From Pseudomonadota bacterium (lineage in GTDB: Bacteria; Pseudomonadota; Alphaproteobacteria; Puniceispirillales; Marisalimonadaceae), in contig JAQBXK010000006.1 of assembly GCA_027625145.1 (NCBI GenBank), positions 24,260-88,259 of the forward strand: a stretch of 64,000 bases of DNA, read 5' to 3'. A program made the translations under genes and the position numbers. Below the pieces are notes generated by a model that saw only the letters and a list, made by a program, of their open reading frames with translations, did no database searches and had not been told where the DNA came from. Position 1 is the first letter of the stretch; every line of letters starts with the position of its first letter. Shown here one piece after another: positions 7,947 through 16,357 of the stretch.

Positions 7947-9080
7947 TTAAGTAATATTATATCGTTGAATAATAAAATCAGAAATTGAATTTATATTATT
8001 TAAATCAAAAGTAGGAATTGAAGATTCAATATTTATATCTGATGCTATGGCAAAAATATTATTATCCTCTTTATATAGCTCAGGTTTACCAATAATTGGC
8101 CTATAAACTTCAAATTTTGGTATAGGTTCATTTTTATAACCTTCTACTATAATTAGATCACATTTTTGGATAGGATCTTTTGAAAACATTTCTATCATTT
8201 GAAATAAACTTTTTTCATCATGTTCATCATTTTCTTGTATCATAGCAAATCGTTCTTTAGATGAGATTATCATTGGTCTAGCGCCAGCTTTTCTTAAATT
8301 AAAAGAATCTTTCCCAGGTTTATCAAGTTCAAATTTATGATGTGCATGTTTTAATGTGCCTATTGTTATTCCTATCTTTGTAAAGTTTTCAATTAGTTTA
8401 GTACATAAAGTAGTTTTCCCAGACCCTGACCAACCAGCTAATCCAAAAAACGGAGGTAGTTTACCAATAATCTGTTGAGCTTTAATGAGGTCTAATGGAG
8501 AGTTTAAATTAGTAAAAGGATCAAAATTTTCATTATTGATTTTATCAAAATCAACATAAGCTACTTTAAGATTAGAAGTAAAAATATCAATTTTTCTTAT
8601 ACCTTCATTTAATGCCTTTTCTAGTTTGAGGTTAAGATCAGATTTCCATAATGCTATGACTGGATGATTATAACCTTTCGATTGAGCAACAACTAAATCA
8701 ACATCTAATTCTTTGTTTTTTAATTTAATCATTTCTTTTACAATATTTTTAGGAAGAAACGGGGTATCACAGGGTAAGGTCATAACCCATTTTTGGTTTA
8801 ATTGACTAGCCCAATTTAAAGATGCTAATATTCCTGCCAATGGACCTAAGTGGCCTTTGATAGGATCTTCAATTATTTCATAACCGAATTCAGAAAACTT
8901 ATCTAAATTAGTATTAATATTTAATGCTATAGGTGCAACATGACCTGAAATACTTTCTAAAACGTAAGATAAAAGAGGACGATCTAGAAGAGGTATTAAA
9001 GCTTTATCTTTGCCACCCATTCTTCTACCTTTTCCTCCTGCTAAAATCACACATGGAACGATTTCATTTAAATTTTCCAA
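7947..9080 (-). CDS. mobA: Fused MobA (molybdenum cofactor guanylyltransferase) - MobB (GTP-binding adaptor) protein
   Basis: The N-terminal half carries VILAGGKGRRMGG.DKAL (MobA). The C-terminal half carries the P-loop GLAGWSGSGKTTL (MobB). One uninterrupted 377-aa ORF. Confidence 0.85.
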   Translation of the reverse strand: MENLNEIVPCVILAGGKGRRMGGKDKALIPLLDRPLLSYVLESISGHVAPIALNINTNLDKFSEFGYEIIEDPIKGHLGPLAGILASLNWASQLNQKWVMTLPCDTPFLPKNIVKEMIKLKNKELDVDLVVAQSKGYNHPVIALWKSDLNLKLEKALNEGIRKIDIFTSNLKVAYVDFDKINNENFDPFTNLNSPLDLIKAQQIIGKLPPFFGLAGWSGSGKTTLCTKLIENFTKIGITIGTLKHAHHKFELDKPGKDSFNLRKAGARPMIISSKERFAMIQENDEHDEKSLFQMIEMFSKDPIQKCDLIIVEGYKNEPIPKFEVYRPIIGKPELYKEDNNIFAIASDINIESSIPTFDLNNINSISDFIIQRYNIT

Positions 9081-9094
9081 ATTTTTTATTATCC

Positions 9095-9973
9095 CTAATT
9101 AATTATAGCTCTCTGTGCAGACATAATGTCATCATTTTTTATAGTTTTGGTATCTGTATCAAAAATAACTCTCTCAATGCCATTTGCTATAATCATTCTC
9201 TTCCCTTTAGCTCTGCCAATTAAGGTAAGGCCTGCATCTTTGGCAAGTTTTACTCCAGATTCTGTGAATCCAGATCTTGAAATGAGAATGGGTATTCCCA
9301 TTTGAGCAGTTTTAATAACCATTTCAGAGGTTAATCTTCCTGTAGTATAAAAAATTTTATCTTTTGATTCTTCTTTATTTAAAAACATCCATCCAGCAAT
9401 TTTATCCATTGCATTATGTCTACCTACATCTTCAACATATATTAAGGGAATATCATTTTTACATAATACACATCCATGAAGAGCTCCAGCTTTTAGATAA
9501 AGGCTTGGTCTAGTATTGACTTTCTTAGATATAGTATAGATCCATGAGGTTCTAATTTTAGCTTTTTTATTTAAGTTAATAGATGAAAAATCATCCATTA
9601 TATCTCCATAAACCGTACCAACAGCACATCCACTCGTACGTATTTTCTTTTCCATTTTCTTTTCATAATTAGTTTGTCTTTCAGTTCTTATAATTACGAC
9701 TTGTAAATCTTTATCATAATTAATCTCTGATATAACGTCGTCCTTTTTAAGCATGTTTTGATTTAACAAATAACCTACGGCCAAAAGATCAGGCATGTCG
9801 CCAAGTGTCATTGCAGTTACAATTTCTTGTTTATTAAGATAAATGGTTAAGGGTACTTCTTTTACAACAGGCAATTGAATGTGTTCACCTATTTCATTGA
9901 TGCAATCAATTGTTTCTGTGAGTTTGTCATTTTCTAAATCAGGTGAAATAAAAAATTCTTTTTTATCGTTCAT
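9095..9973 (-). CDS. fdhD: Formate dehydrogenase accessory sulfurtransferase FdhD
   Basis: It has the conserved DVGRHNAMDK motif, GRLTSEMV and ISRSG. It is 292 aa. Confidence 0.88.
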   Translation of the reverse strand: MNDKKEFFISPDLENDKLTETIDCINEIGEHIQLPVVKEVPLTIYLNKQEIVTAMTLGDMPDLLAVGYLLNQNMLKKDDVISEINYDKDLQVVIIRTERQTNYEKKMEKKIRTSGCAVGTVYGDIMDDFSSINLNKKAKIRTSWIYTISKKVNTRPSLYLKAGALHGCVLCKNDIPLIYVEDVGRHNAMDKIAGWMFLNKEESKDKIFYTTGRLTSEMVIKTAQMGIPILISRSGFTESGVKLAKDAGLTLIGRAKGKRMIIANGIERVIFDTDTKTIKNDDIMSAQRAIIN

Positions 9974-9985
9974 AATCTTTACCTA

Positions 9986-10378
9986 TTATTTAACAGATTG
10001 TTTAGATGCCGCCCAATTGATAAACTCTTCAGATTCTTTTGTTAAATGATCAGATAATACAAGGTACTTTTTTAAAAGCTCTTTTCCAAAAGAAGTAACA
10101 AGCGTTCCTTTATTACCTGGTTGTTTTTCTAAAATAGGATTTGGGAATGCTTCTTCAATTGTTTTTAAAAGAAGAGTAGCTCTCTTACTACTCATCCCCA
10201 TTGCTTTAGCGGCTGATCGAATTGAACCTTTTTCAGCAACTAAATGAAATAGTTCCATTTTACCTGCGCCTATCATATGACCTTGAATATACACTTTAAT
10301 TCTAATGCCATTTTCATTTTCATTAACTAACCTAGGTGGTAATGAAGAGCGCTTTATTTGTATTGACTTATTTTTCAT
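9986..10378 (-). CDS. ModE N-terminal-domain-like winged-helix regulator (no Mop molybdate-binding domains)
   Basis: It is 130 aa. The segment GAGKMELFHLVAEKGSIRSAAKAMGMSSKRATLLLKTIEEAF resembles the ModE/LysR-type HTH. The length leaves no room for a di-Mop domain. Confidence 0.65.
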   Translation of the reverse strand: MKNKSIQIKRSSLPPRLVNENENGIRIKVYIQGHMIGAGKMELFHLVAEKGSIRSAAKAMGMSSKRATLLLKTIEEAFPNPILEKQPGNKGTLVTSFGKELLKKYLVLSDHLTKESEEFINWAASKQSVK

Positions 10379-10437
10379 TAACTAATTATAGGATATAATG
10401 TTAAAATAAACCAAATATTTTTAAAAAGAATTTTTGT

Positions 10438-11307
10438 ATGTCTGATTATTTTACAACTGAAGAATTGGCTGATTTTCTTAGAGTTAAGGCAAGAAAAATT
10501 TATGACATGGTTTCTAAAGAAGAAGTTCCTCATTCAAAAGTAATGGGAAAATTATTATTTTCTAAAATTGAAATATCAAACTGGATATCAGGTTCTCGAC
10601 ATCAAAGTTTAGATGATCAGACAGTCCCAATGGTTTTGTTAGGAAGTCATGATCCTTTATTAGAGCTAGCAGTAAAAAAATCACAATCTGGGATTGCAAT
10701 GTCGTTTGATGGAAGTACTCAAGGAATAGATAGGCTTAAGTTGAACGAAGGATTTGCTTCTGGGTTACATCTATATGATTATCAAAAAGATATATGGAAC
10801 ATTCCTATAATTAATGCAAAATTATCAAACAAACCTATTGTTTTAGTAGAATGGGCAAAAAGAGAAAGAGGTTTAATCTTTAAAAATGATAATTACATTA
10901 AAAATAATTCTATAGAAAACTTTAAAGGGAAAAAACTAGTAAGGAGACAAGCTGGATCAGGTGCTGAAAAATATTTACAATATATGTTAAATGCTAAAAA
11001 TCTAAATTACGATGATTTTGATAGAACAGATATTGCTTATTCAGAAAATGATGCAGTTCTCCTTATTTTATCTAATCAAGCTGATGTCACGCTTGGATTA
11101 AGATCTGAAGCTAAAAAATATAATCTAAGCTTTATTCCTATTGTTACTGAAAGATTTGATCTGGTAGTTAATAGAAAGTTTTGGTTTGAAAAGCCTTTTC
11201 AAGATCTATTAAATTTTTGTAAAACAAAGGACTTTAAGGAAATAGCTTCTAATTTAGATGGATACGATATTCGTGATTTTGGAAAAGTACACTTTAATAG
11301 CAAATAG
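10438..11307 (+). CDS. Putative regulator: excisionase/MerR-type HTH fused to a periplasmic-binding-protein-like (PBP-like) domain
   Basis: The N-terminus, FTTEELADFLRVKARKIYDMVSKEEVPHSKVMGKLLFSKIEISNWI, looks like an excisionase-family HTH. The remaining 230 aa or so resemble a type-2 PBP fold (LLGSHDP..., RQAGSGAE). It is divergent from the modE-like gene. Confidence 0.6.
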   Translation: MSDYFTTEELADFLRVKARKIYDMVSKEEVPHSKVMGKLLFSKIEISNWISGSRHQSLDDQTVPMVLLGSHDPLLELAVKKSQSGIAMSFDGSTQGIDRLKLNEGFASGLHLYDYQKDIWNIPIINAKLSNKPIVLVEWAKRERGLIFKNDNYIKNNSIENFKGKKLVRRQAGSGAEKYLQYMLNAKNLNYDDFDRTDIAYSENDAVLLILSNQADVTLGLRSEAKKYNLSFIPIVTERFDLVVNRKFWFEKPFQDLLNFCKTKDFKEIASNLDGYDIRDFGKVHFNSK

Positions 11308-11316
11308 AGGTTAAAA

Positions 11317-11421
11317 ATGCTTAAAGAAATTGGGATGGCGTTGCTTGGAATAGCTATAATCTTAACATTATTTTTTTTCTTTTTAGGTTCCAAGGTTTTT
11401 ATTTTAACGTCTTTTTATTAA
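11317..11421 (+). CDS. Unannotated 34-aa hydrophobic peptide (MLKEIGMALLGIAIILTLFFFFLGSKVFILTSFY)
   Basis: I read it directly from the sequence. An AGAGG SD (11306-11310) lies 6 nt before the ATG. It has a single TM-like stretch. Its stop overlaps the SD of the next gene. Confidence 0.4.
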   Translation: MLKEIGMALLGIAIILTLFFFFLGSKVFILTSFY

Positions 11422-11430
11422 GGAATAAAA

Positions 11431-12657
11431 ATGAAAATAACTAGCATTGAAACAATTCATAATAAGCAATATTCAAATATTGTATGGGTACAAATACATA
11501 CTGACGAAGGATTAGTTGGCCTAGGCGAAACTTTTAGAAACCCAGAGGCCATAATTTCTTATATTCATGAGACTTGTGCACCTTATTTAATTGGACGTGA
11601 TCCACGCAGAATAAATGAGCATGCTGATAATTTAGTTAATTGGACTGCAAATAGATATATAGGTTTCCCAACAAGATCAGTAGAATTTAGAGGTAATTCA
11701 GCTATTGATATTGCTTTATGGGATTTGAAATCTAAAGCTAGTAATTTAAGTTTAGTTGATATGCTAGGTGGTTTATGTAGGGATAATATTCCTATTTATA
11801 ACACATGTGCGGCCGAAGGATATAATTGGAAATCTAACTCACTGTCTAGGTCAAGTCAGGAAAATAGACCTAATGATAAAACGCTACCTAAAGATGACTT
11901 GCAACTACAAGCCTCAAATCCAGGAGAATTGGCCCAAAGCCTTTTAGACGAAGGTATATCTGCCATGAAAATTTGGCCATTTGATGAATTTGCTTTCTTA
12001 ACAAAAGGTCAAAGAATTTCATATAATGATCTGAAAAAAGGACTTGAACGGATTGAAAAAATACGTAATACAGTTGGGTCGAAAATGGATATAATGATTG
12101 AATATCACTCTTTATGGCAATTAGCTCCAGCTTTAAAAATTGCTAAGCATGTTGATGAATTTGATGTTTTTTGGCATGAAGATCCTATAAATATGGCACA
12201 TCTGAAAGATCTTGCTGAATTTAAAAGTAAGACGATAGCTCCTGTTGCCGGAAGTGAAGCTTTAGGGACTGCATTATGGTATCGTGATGCATTAGCTCTT
12301 AACGCTATTGACTATATGCATTATGATTTAGGATGGGTTGGAGGGATTACAGAAGCTATAAAAATTTCAGGATTAGCTTATGCTAACAATAGAATGATGT
12401 GTCCACATGATTGTACTGGGCCAGTTGTTTGGATTGCAAATTTACATATTAGTCTTGCATTTCCTAGCGCAATGATTTTAGAGAGTGTAAGAGCATTTTA
12501 TAATGGATTTTATACTAACCTAGTCACGAATCTTCCTAAAATTGAAAATGGACTCGCTTTTCCTATGGCTGGTGTTGGCTTAGGAACTGAGTTACATAAA
12601 TCTTTATTAAATTCTCCGGATACAAGTATTAAAAAAACTGCTGCAATAGACTTATGA
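11431..12657 (+). CDS. Enolase-superfamily (mandelate racemase/muconate lactonizing enzyme family) acid-sugar dehydratase, substrate unknown
   Basis: The N-terminal capping domain reads VGLGET and AIDIALWDLK. Barrel motifs are MKIWPFD, MIEYH, FWHEDP, HYDL and CPHDC. Confidence 0.8.
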   Translation: MKITSIETIHNKQYSNIVWVQIHTDEGLVGLGETFRNPEAIISYIHETCAPYLIGRDPRRINEHADNLVNWTANRYIGFPTRSVEFRGNSAIDIALWDLKSKASNLSLVDMLGGLCRDNIPIYNTCAAEGYNWKSNSLSRSSQENRPNDKTLPKDDLQLQASNPGELAQSLLDEGISAMKIWPFDEFAFLTKGQRISYNDLKKGLERIEKIRNTVGSKMDIMIEYHSLWQLAPALKIAKHVDEFDVFWHEDPINMAHLKDLAEFKSKTIAPVAGSEALGTALWYRDALALNAIDYMHYDLGWVGGITEAIKISGLAYANNRMMCPHDCTGPVVWIANLHISLAFPSAMILESVRAFYNGFYTNLVTNLPKIENGLAFPMAGVGLGTELHKSLLNSPDTSIKKTAAIDL

Positions 12658-13547
12658 ATTCTTTAAATGTTTTTAAATTAAAAAATGGAAAGACAAAATT
12701 AAGCTTCTTGCCTGATTATGGTGGTAAAATAAGTGATTTATCTTTTGATGGATTTGACGTTTTTCGACCACTCTCAACTGAGAGTATTAAATTATTAAAA
12801 TCTGCTAAAGGAGGTAATTTCCCACTTGTTCCTTTTTCAAATAGAATTAAAAACTCTAAATTTCATTTTAATAATACTCTTTATAAACTTGATGAAAATA
12901 AAAGTGTTTCACCACATTCAATCCATGGACATGGGTATATAGGAAAATGGTCTATCATTGATCAAACTCCTTCAAGTGCTTTAATTTCCTATTCACATTA
13001 TCCTCTTAAAGCAGGTTGGCCATGGGCATATGAAGTAAAACAAGAAATTAATTTAGAAAAATCCAGTTGTTCAATTAGACTAAGTATAATTAATAAATCA
13101 AATAGTTCTATGCCAATTGGATTTGGTTTTCATCCGTTTTTTAATTTTAATGATAATGTTATATTAGAATTCGATGCAGAACGAGAATGGATTGGTCCAC
13201 CAGAAAGCTTTCCTAATAAAACACAAAATATTAAAAATAACTTTAACGTTAAAAATGGTGCAAATTTATGGAAAATAGAAAAGACAGTCTGTTACGAAAA
13301 CTTTAAAGGAAATATAAAAATAAATTGGATTGATCAACAAAAGAGTGTGACCATAGAAGTCGATAAAATTTTTAATCATTTAATAGTTCATGTTCCAAAA
13401 GGAGGAGATTATTTTTGCATTGAGCCAGTGTCTCATCCTACTGATGGATTTAATTTAGCTTATAAAAAAATTGAAAACATAAAAAATAGAATTCTTTTAC
13501 CTAATGAAAATATAAGTGGTTTAATGAAGATATGTTTTAATAATTAA
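12654..13547 (+). CDS. Aldose 1-epimerase (mutarotase) family protein
   Basis: Motifs are FPLVPFSNRI, IHGHG, GFGFHPFF and FCIEPVSH. An ATGA start/stop overlap links it to the upstream dehydratase. Confidence 0.75.
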   Translation: MNSLNVFKLKNGKTKLSFLPDYGGKISDLSFDGFDVFRPLSTESIKLLKSAKGGNFPLVPFSNRIKNSKFHFNNTLYKLDENKSVSPHSIHGHGYIGKWSIIDQTPSSALISYSHYPLKAGWPWAYEVKQEINLEKSSCSIRLSIINKSNSSMPIGFGFHPFFNFNDNVILEFDAEREWIGPPESFPNKTQNIKNNFNVKNGANLWKIEKTVCYENFKGNIKINWIDQQKSVTIEVDKIFNHLIVHVPKGGDYFCIEPVSHPTDGFNLAYKKIENIKNRILLPNENISGLMKICFNN

Positions 13548-13549
13548 TA

Positions 13550-14449
13550 TTAATTATAAAAAGGAAACTCACTTCCTTTTATTCCAGGAATAGTTAGAGA
13601 AAAAATGCCTCCTGCATAAGGCTGCTTGCTTTCTGTTCCTTTTGTTATTCCATTTCTGCCTATAGAAGTAACATACATTATATCAAGGTTTTTTCCGCCA
13701 AAGGCTATTTTAGTAGGTTTTTCAATAGGCATTTTAATAATCATGTCAATTTTTCCATCTGGTGTAATTCTTACTAATTCCCAACCTGAAACTCCTGCCA
13801 TCCAATAGCATCCATCTGCGTCTATGCATCCACCATCTGGACGACCTTCAATATTTTTTGTATTAAAAAAAACACGTTTATTAGACCAAATTCCATTTTC
13901 CAAATCATAATCGTATGCCCAAATAGTTCTTACCCAAAAGGCACTATCTGAAACATATGCAGTTTTAGCATCAGGAGAAAAAGCTAATCCATTGATCGTA
14001 TAAAATCCTTCCATTATTTTTTTAACATTTCCTAATTCATCAAGGCAATATAGGGTGCCTTTTGGAGTATCATCCTTATTGGAGCCTTTGATAGGCATTG
14101 TGCCAGCATAAAATCTACCTTTAAGGTCAACTGTTCCGTCATTAAACCTGTTTTCTGTTATATTACTTTCAGTATCATTAATTAATTTAAGCTCTTCTGT
14201 CTTTTTGTTTAGTTCAAAAAAGCCGTCAGTAAGTGCTACAATAGCATTTCCATTTTTTTTTAAAGCAAAACAACCAATTGGCCTTCCTACATCTATAATT
14301 TTATTTACTCCATTGTTAGGATCAAAACTACAAAACAATCCTTCAGTTATATCTACCCAATAAAGCTTTTGATCCATTGTTGACCAAACAGGACTTTCTC
14401 CAAGTGCAGCTTTAATATTTAAAACACATTCAATTTGTATATTGTTCAA
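13550..14449 (-). CDS. SMP-30/gluconolactonase/LRE-family sugar lactonase
   Basis: Motifs are LGESPVWS...KLYWVDI, RFNDGTVDLKGRFYAGTM, NGLAFSPD and PDGGCIDADG. Confidence 0.85.
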   Translation of the reverse strand: MNNIQIECVLNIKAALGESPVWSTMDQKLYWVDITEGLFCSFDPNNGVNKIIDVGRPIGCFALKKNGNAIVALTDGFFELNKKTEELKLINDTESNITENRFNDGTVDLKGRFYAGTMPIKGSNKDDTPKGTLYCLDELGNVKKIMEGFYTINGLAFSPDAKTAYVSDSAFWVRTIWAYDYDLENGIWSNKRVFFNTKNIEGRPDGGCIDADGCYWMAGVSGWELVRITPDGKIDMIIKMPIEKPTKIAFGGKNLDIMYVTSIGRNGITKGTESKQPYAGGIFSLTIPGIKGSEFPFYN

Positions 14450-14472
14450 ATTATATCTCTAAAAATTTTAAA

Positions 14473-15756
14473 TTAGTTTTCAATTAAATTGGGAAGAGTT
14501 AATGATATAGCAGGTATAAACGTTGTTAGCATAAGGGCAATAAAAATTGCTGAATAAAATGGCCAAATAGTTTTAACAACTTTTTCAATTGGAACTTTTC
14601 CTATAGCACATCCAACAAATAAGCAGGCTCCTACAGGTGGAGTACATAGTCCTAATCCTAAATTCATCATTAACACCATACCAAATTGAAGTGGGTCCAT
14701 TCCAAGTGAAACAGCCAATGGAAGGAAAATGGGGGTGCATATTAAAATTAAAGCTGCCATGTCCATTATCATACCTAAAATTAATAGCATTACGTTAATC
14801 ATTAACAGTATAATAATAGGGTTATTTGATATTCCATTCATAAATTCAATCATTTGAGATGGAACTTGATAATAAGTTAACATATATCCAAAAGCTGATG
14901 CGCTAGCTACTAATATCATTACCATAGATGTTGTTCTAACAGAGCTTGTGACAGCTATTTTAAAGTTTTCCCATGTAAGTGCCCTATATACAAAAATAGT
15001 TACCAAAAATGCATAGAGAGTTCCAAATGCTCCAGATTCAGTAACTGTAAATATTCCTGATAAAACCCCTCCAACGATTATAACAGCTGTAAACAATCCT
15101 GGTAATGCAGTAATGAAATGTAAAAATAATGCATAATAACCTGGAAATATTTCTGCTTTGTACCCTCTTTTTACAGCAATTATATAAGCTACAATAGCTA
15201 AACAAAAACACATTACAATACCAGGAACAACCCCAGAAAGAAAAAGTTTTGTAATAGAAACTCCTCCACCTGTTGCAACGGCAAACAAAATCATATTATG
15301 GCTTGGTGGTATCATTATACCTGCTATTGAAGATGTAACTGTAACATTAACAGCGTAATCTTCGTCGTAACCTTTTTCTTTCATCACAGGTATTAGAATT
15401 GATCCAAGTGCTGAGACATCTGCTACTGCTGACCCAGAAATTCCTCCGAAAAGCATTGAAGCAAATACATTTACAATACCTAAGCCTCCTCTTACAGCTC
15501 CAACTGCTGATGAGGCAAAACGAACTAATCTTACGGCAATTCCACCATGAAACATTAGTTCACCAGCAAAAATAAAAAAAGGGATAGCAAGTAACGAAAA
15601 TACATTTATTCCAGATATAATTCTTTGAAAAGCAATAATTAAAGGTAATCCTTCAAAATAAAAAGCAGATACAGCGCCAATGCCTAGAGCAAAGGCAACA
15701 GGAATACCTATCACAACCCCAAAGGCAAAAATTCCCATCATTATTAAAAGACCCAT
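14473..15756 (-). CDS. dctM: TRAP transporter large permease
   Basis: It is a 427-aa polytopic membrane protein with a typical DctM pattern. It sits adjacent to the dctQ and dctP homologues. Confidence 0.9.
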   Translation of the reverse strand: MGLLIMMGIFAFGVVIGIPVAFALGIGAVSAFYFEGLPLIIAFQRIISGINVFSLLAIPFFIFAGELMFHGGIAVRLVRFASSAVGAVRGGLGIVNVFASMLFGGISGSAVADVSALGSILIPVMKEKGYDEDYAVNVTVTSSIAGIMIPPSHNMILFAVATGGGVSITKLFLSGVVPGIVMCFCLAIVAYIIAVKRGYKAEIFPGYYALFLHFITALPGLFTAVIIVGGVLSGIFTVTESGAFGTLYAFLVTIFVYRALTWENFKIAVTSSVRTTSMVMILVASASAFGYMLTYYQVPSQMIEFMNGISNNPIIILLMINVMLLILGMIMDMAALILICTPIFLPLAVSLGMDPLQFGMVLMMNLGLGLCTPPVGACLFVGCAIGKVPIEKVVKTIWPFYSAIFIALMLTTFIPAISLTLPNLIEN

Positions 15757-15758
15757 TG

Positions 15759-16292
15759 TTATTTATATCCCCTTTCAGAGCTTTTTTTATTAATTATATT
15801 TTTTACATAATTTAAAATATGCCCTATTGAAAAAAGTAAAATTAGAGCTCCGCATAACATTATTGGAATTGCTCTAAGGCCTTCTGGAAGATGAATGAGT
15901 GGTATTTCAGTGCTCCATTTGAATATAGCTAATTTATAACTATAGAACATCATTACAGCTCCAAAAATCATTATCATTAGATATCCAATGAGATCAAAAA
16001 TTATTTGTAATGGCAACGGGCTTAAGTCTCTAAAATAAGAAACACCTAAGTGAGTTTTTTTATGGATACCTACTGCTGCTCCAATAAAGCCAATGAGGAC
16101 AACTAGAAGTAATGAGACTTGTTCAACCCATGTCGGAGTAGAATTTAAGACATATCTACCATAGACTAACCAACTAAAAATAACAGTCATGAACACTATT
16201 GCAACGCCAGTAATAATGTTACAAATCAAAGCTATATTATTTAGAAAATTAATGTAAACATCAATTATTTTAGAAGAGGTTTTATTTAGTAT
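15759..16292 (-). CDS. dctQ: TRAP transporter small permease; start probably upstream of the track TTG at a non-canonical codon
   Basis: It is DctQ-like with four TM helices. The frame stays open upstream of TTG 16229 to a perfect AAGGAGG (16305-16299), with ATA 6 nt downstream (16292-16290). The extension (KIIDVYINFLNNIAL) looks like a normal DctQ N-terminus. Confidence 0.8.
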   Translation of the reverse strand: MLNKTSSKIIDVYINFLNNIALICNIITGVAIVFMTVIFSWLVYGRYVLNSTPTWVEQVSLLLVVLIGFIGAAVGIHKKTHLGVSYFRDLSPLPLQIIFDLIGYLMIMIFGAVMMFYSYKLAIFKWSTEIPLIHLPEGLRAIPIMLCGALILLFSIGHILNYVKNIINKKSSERGYK

Positions 16293-16311
16293 AACTATCC
16301 TCCTTAAAATT

Positions 16312-16349
16312 TATTTAGTGGCCACATAGAAAAATATGGCCACTAAATA
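16312..16349 (-). promoter_or_regulatory. Intra-operon stem-loop between dctP stop and dctQ ribosome-binding site
   Basis: A perfect 13-bp inverted repeat, TATTTAGTGGCCA / TGGCCACTAAATA, has a 12-nt loop. On the minus-strand RNA it is followed by AAUUUUAAGGAGG. Confidence 0.7.
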
Positions 16350-16357
16350 TTATATAT

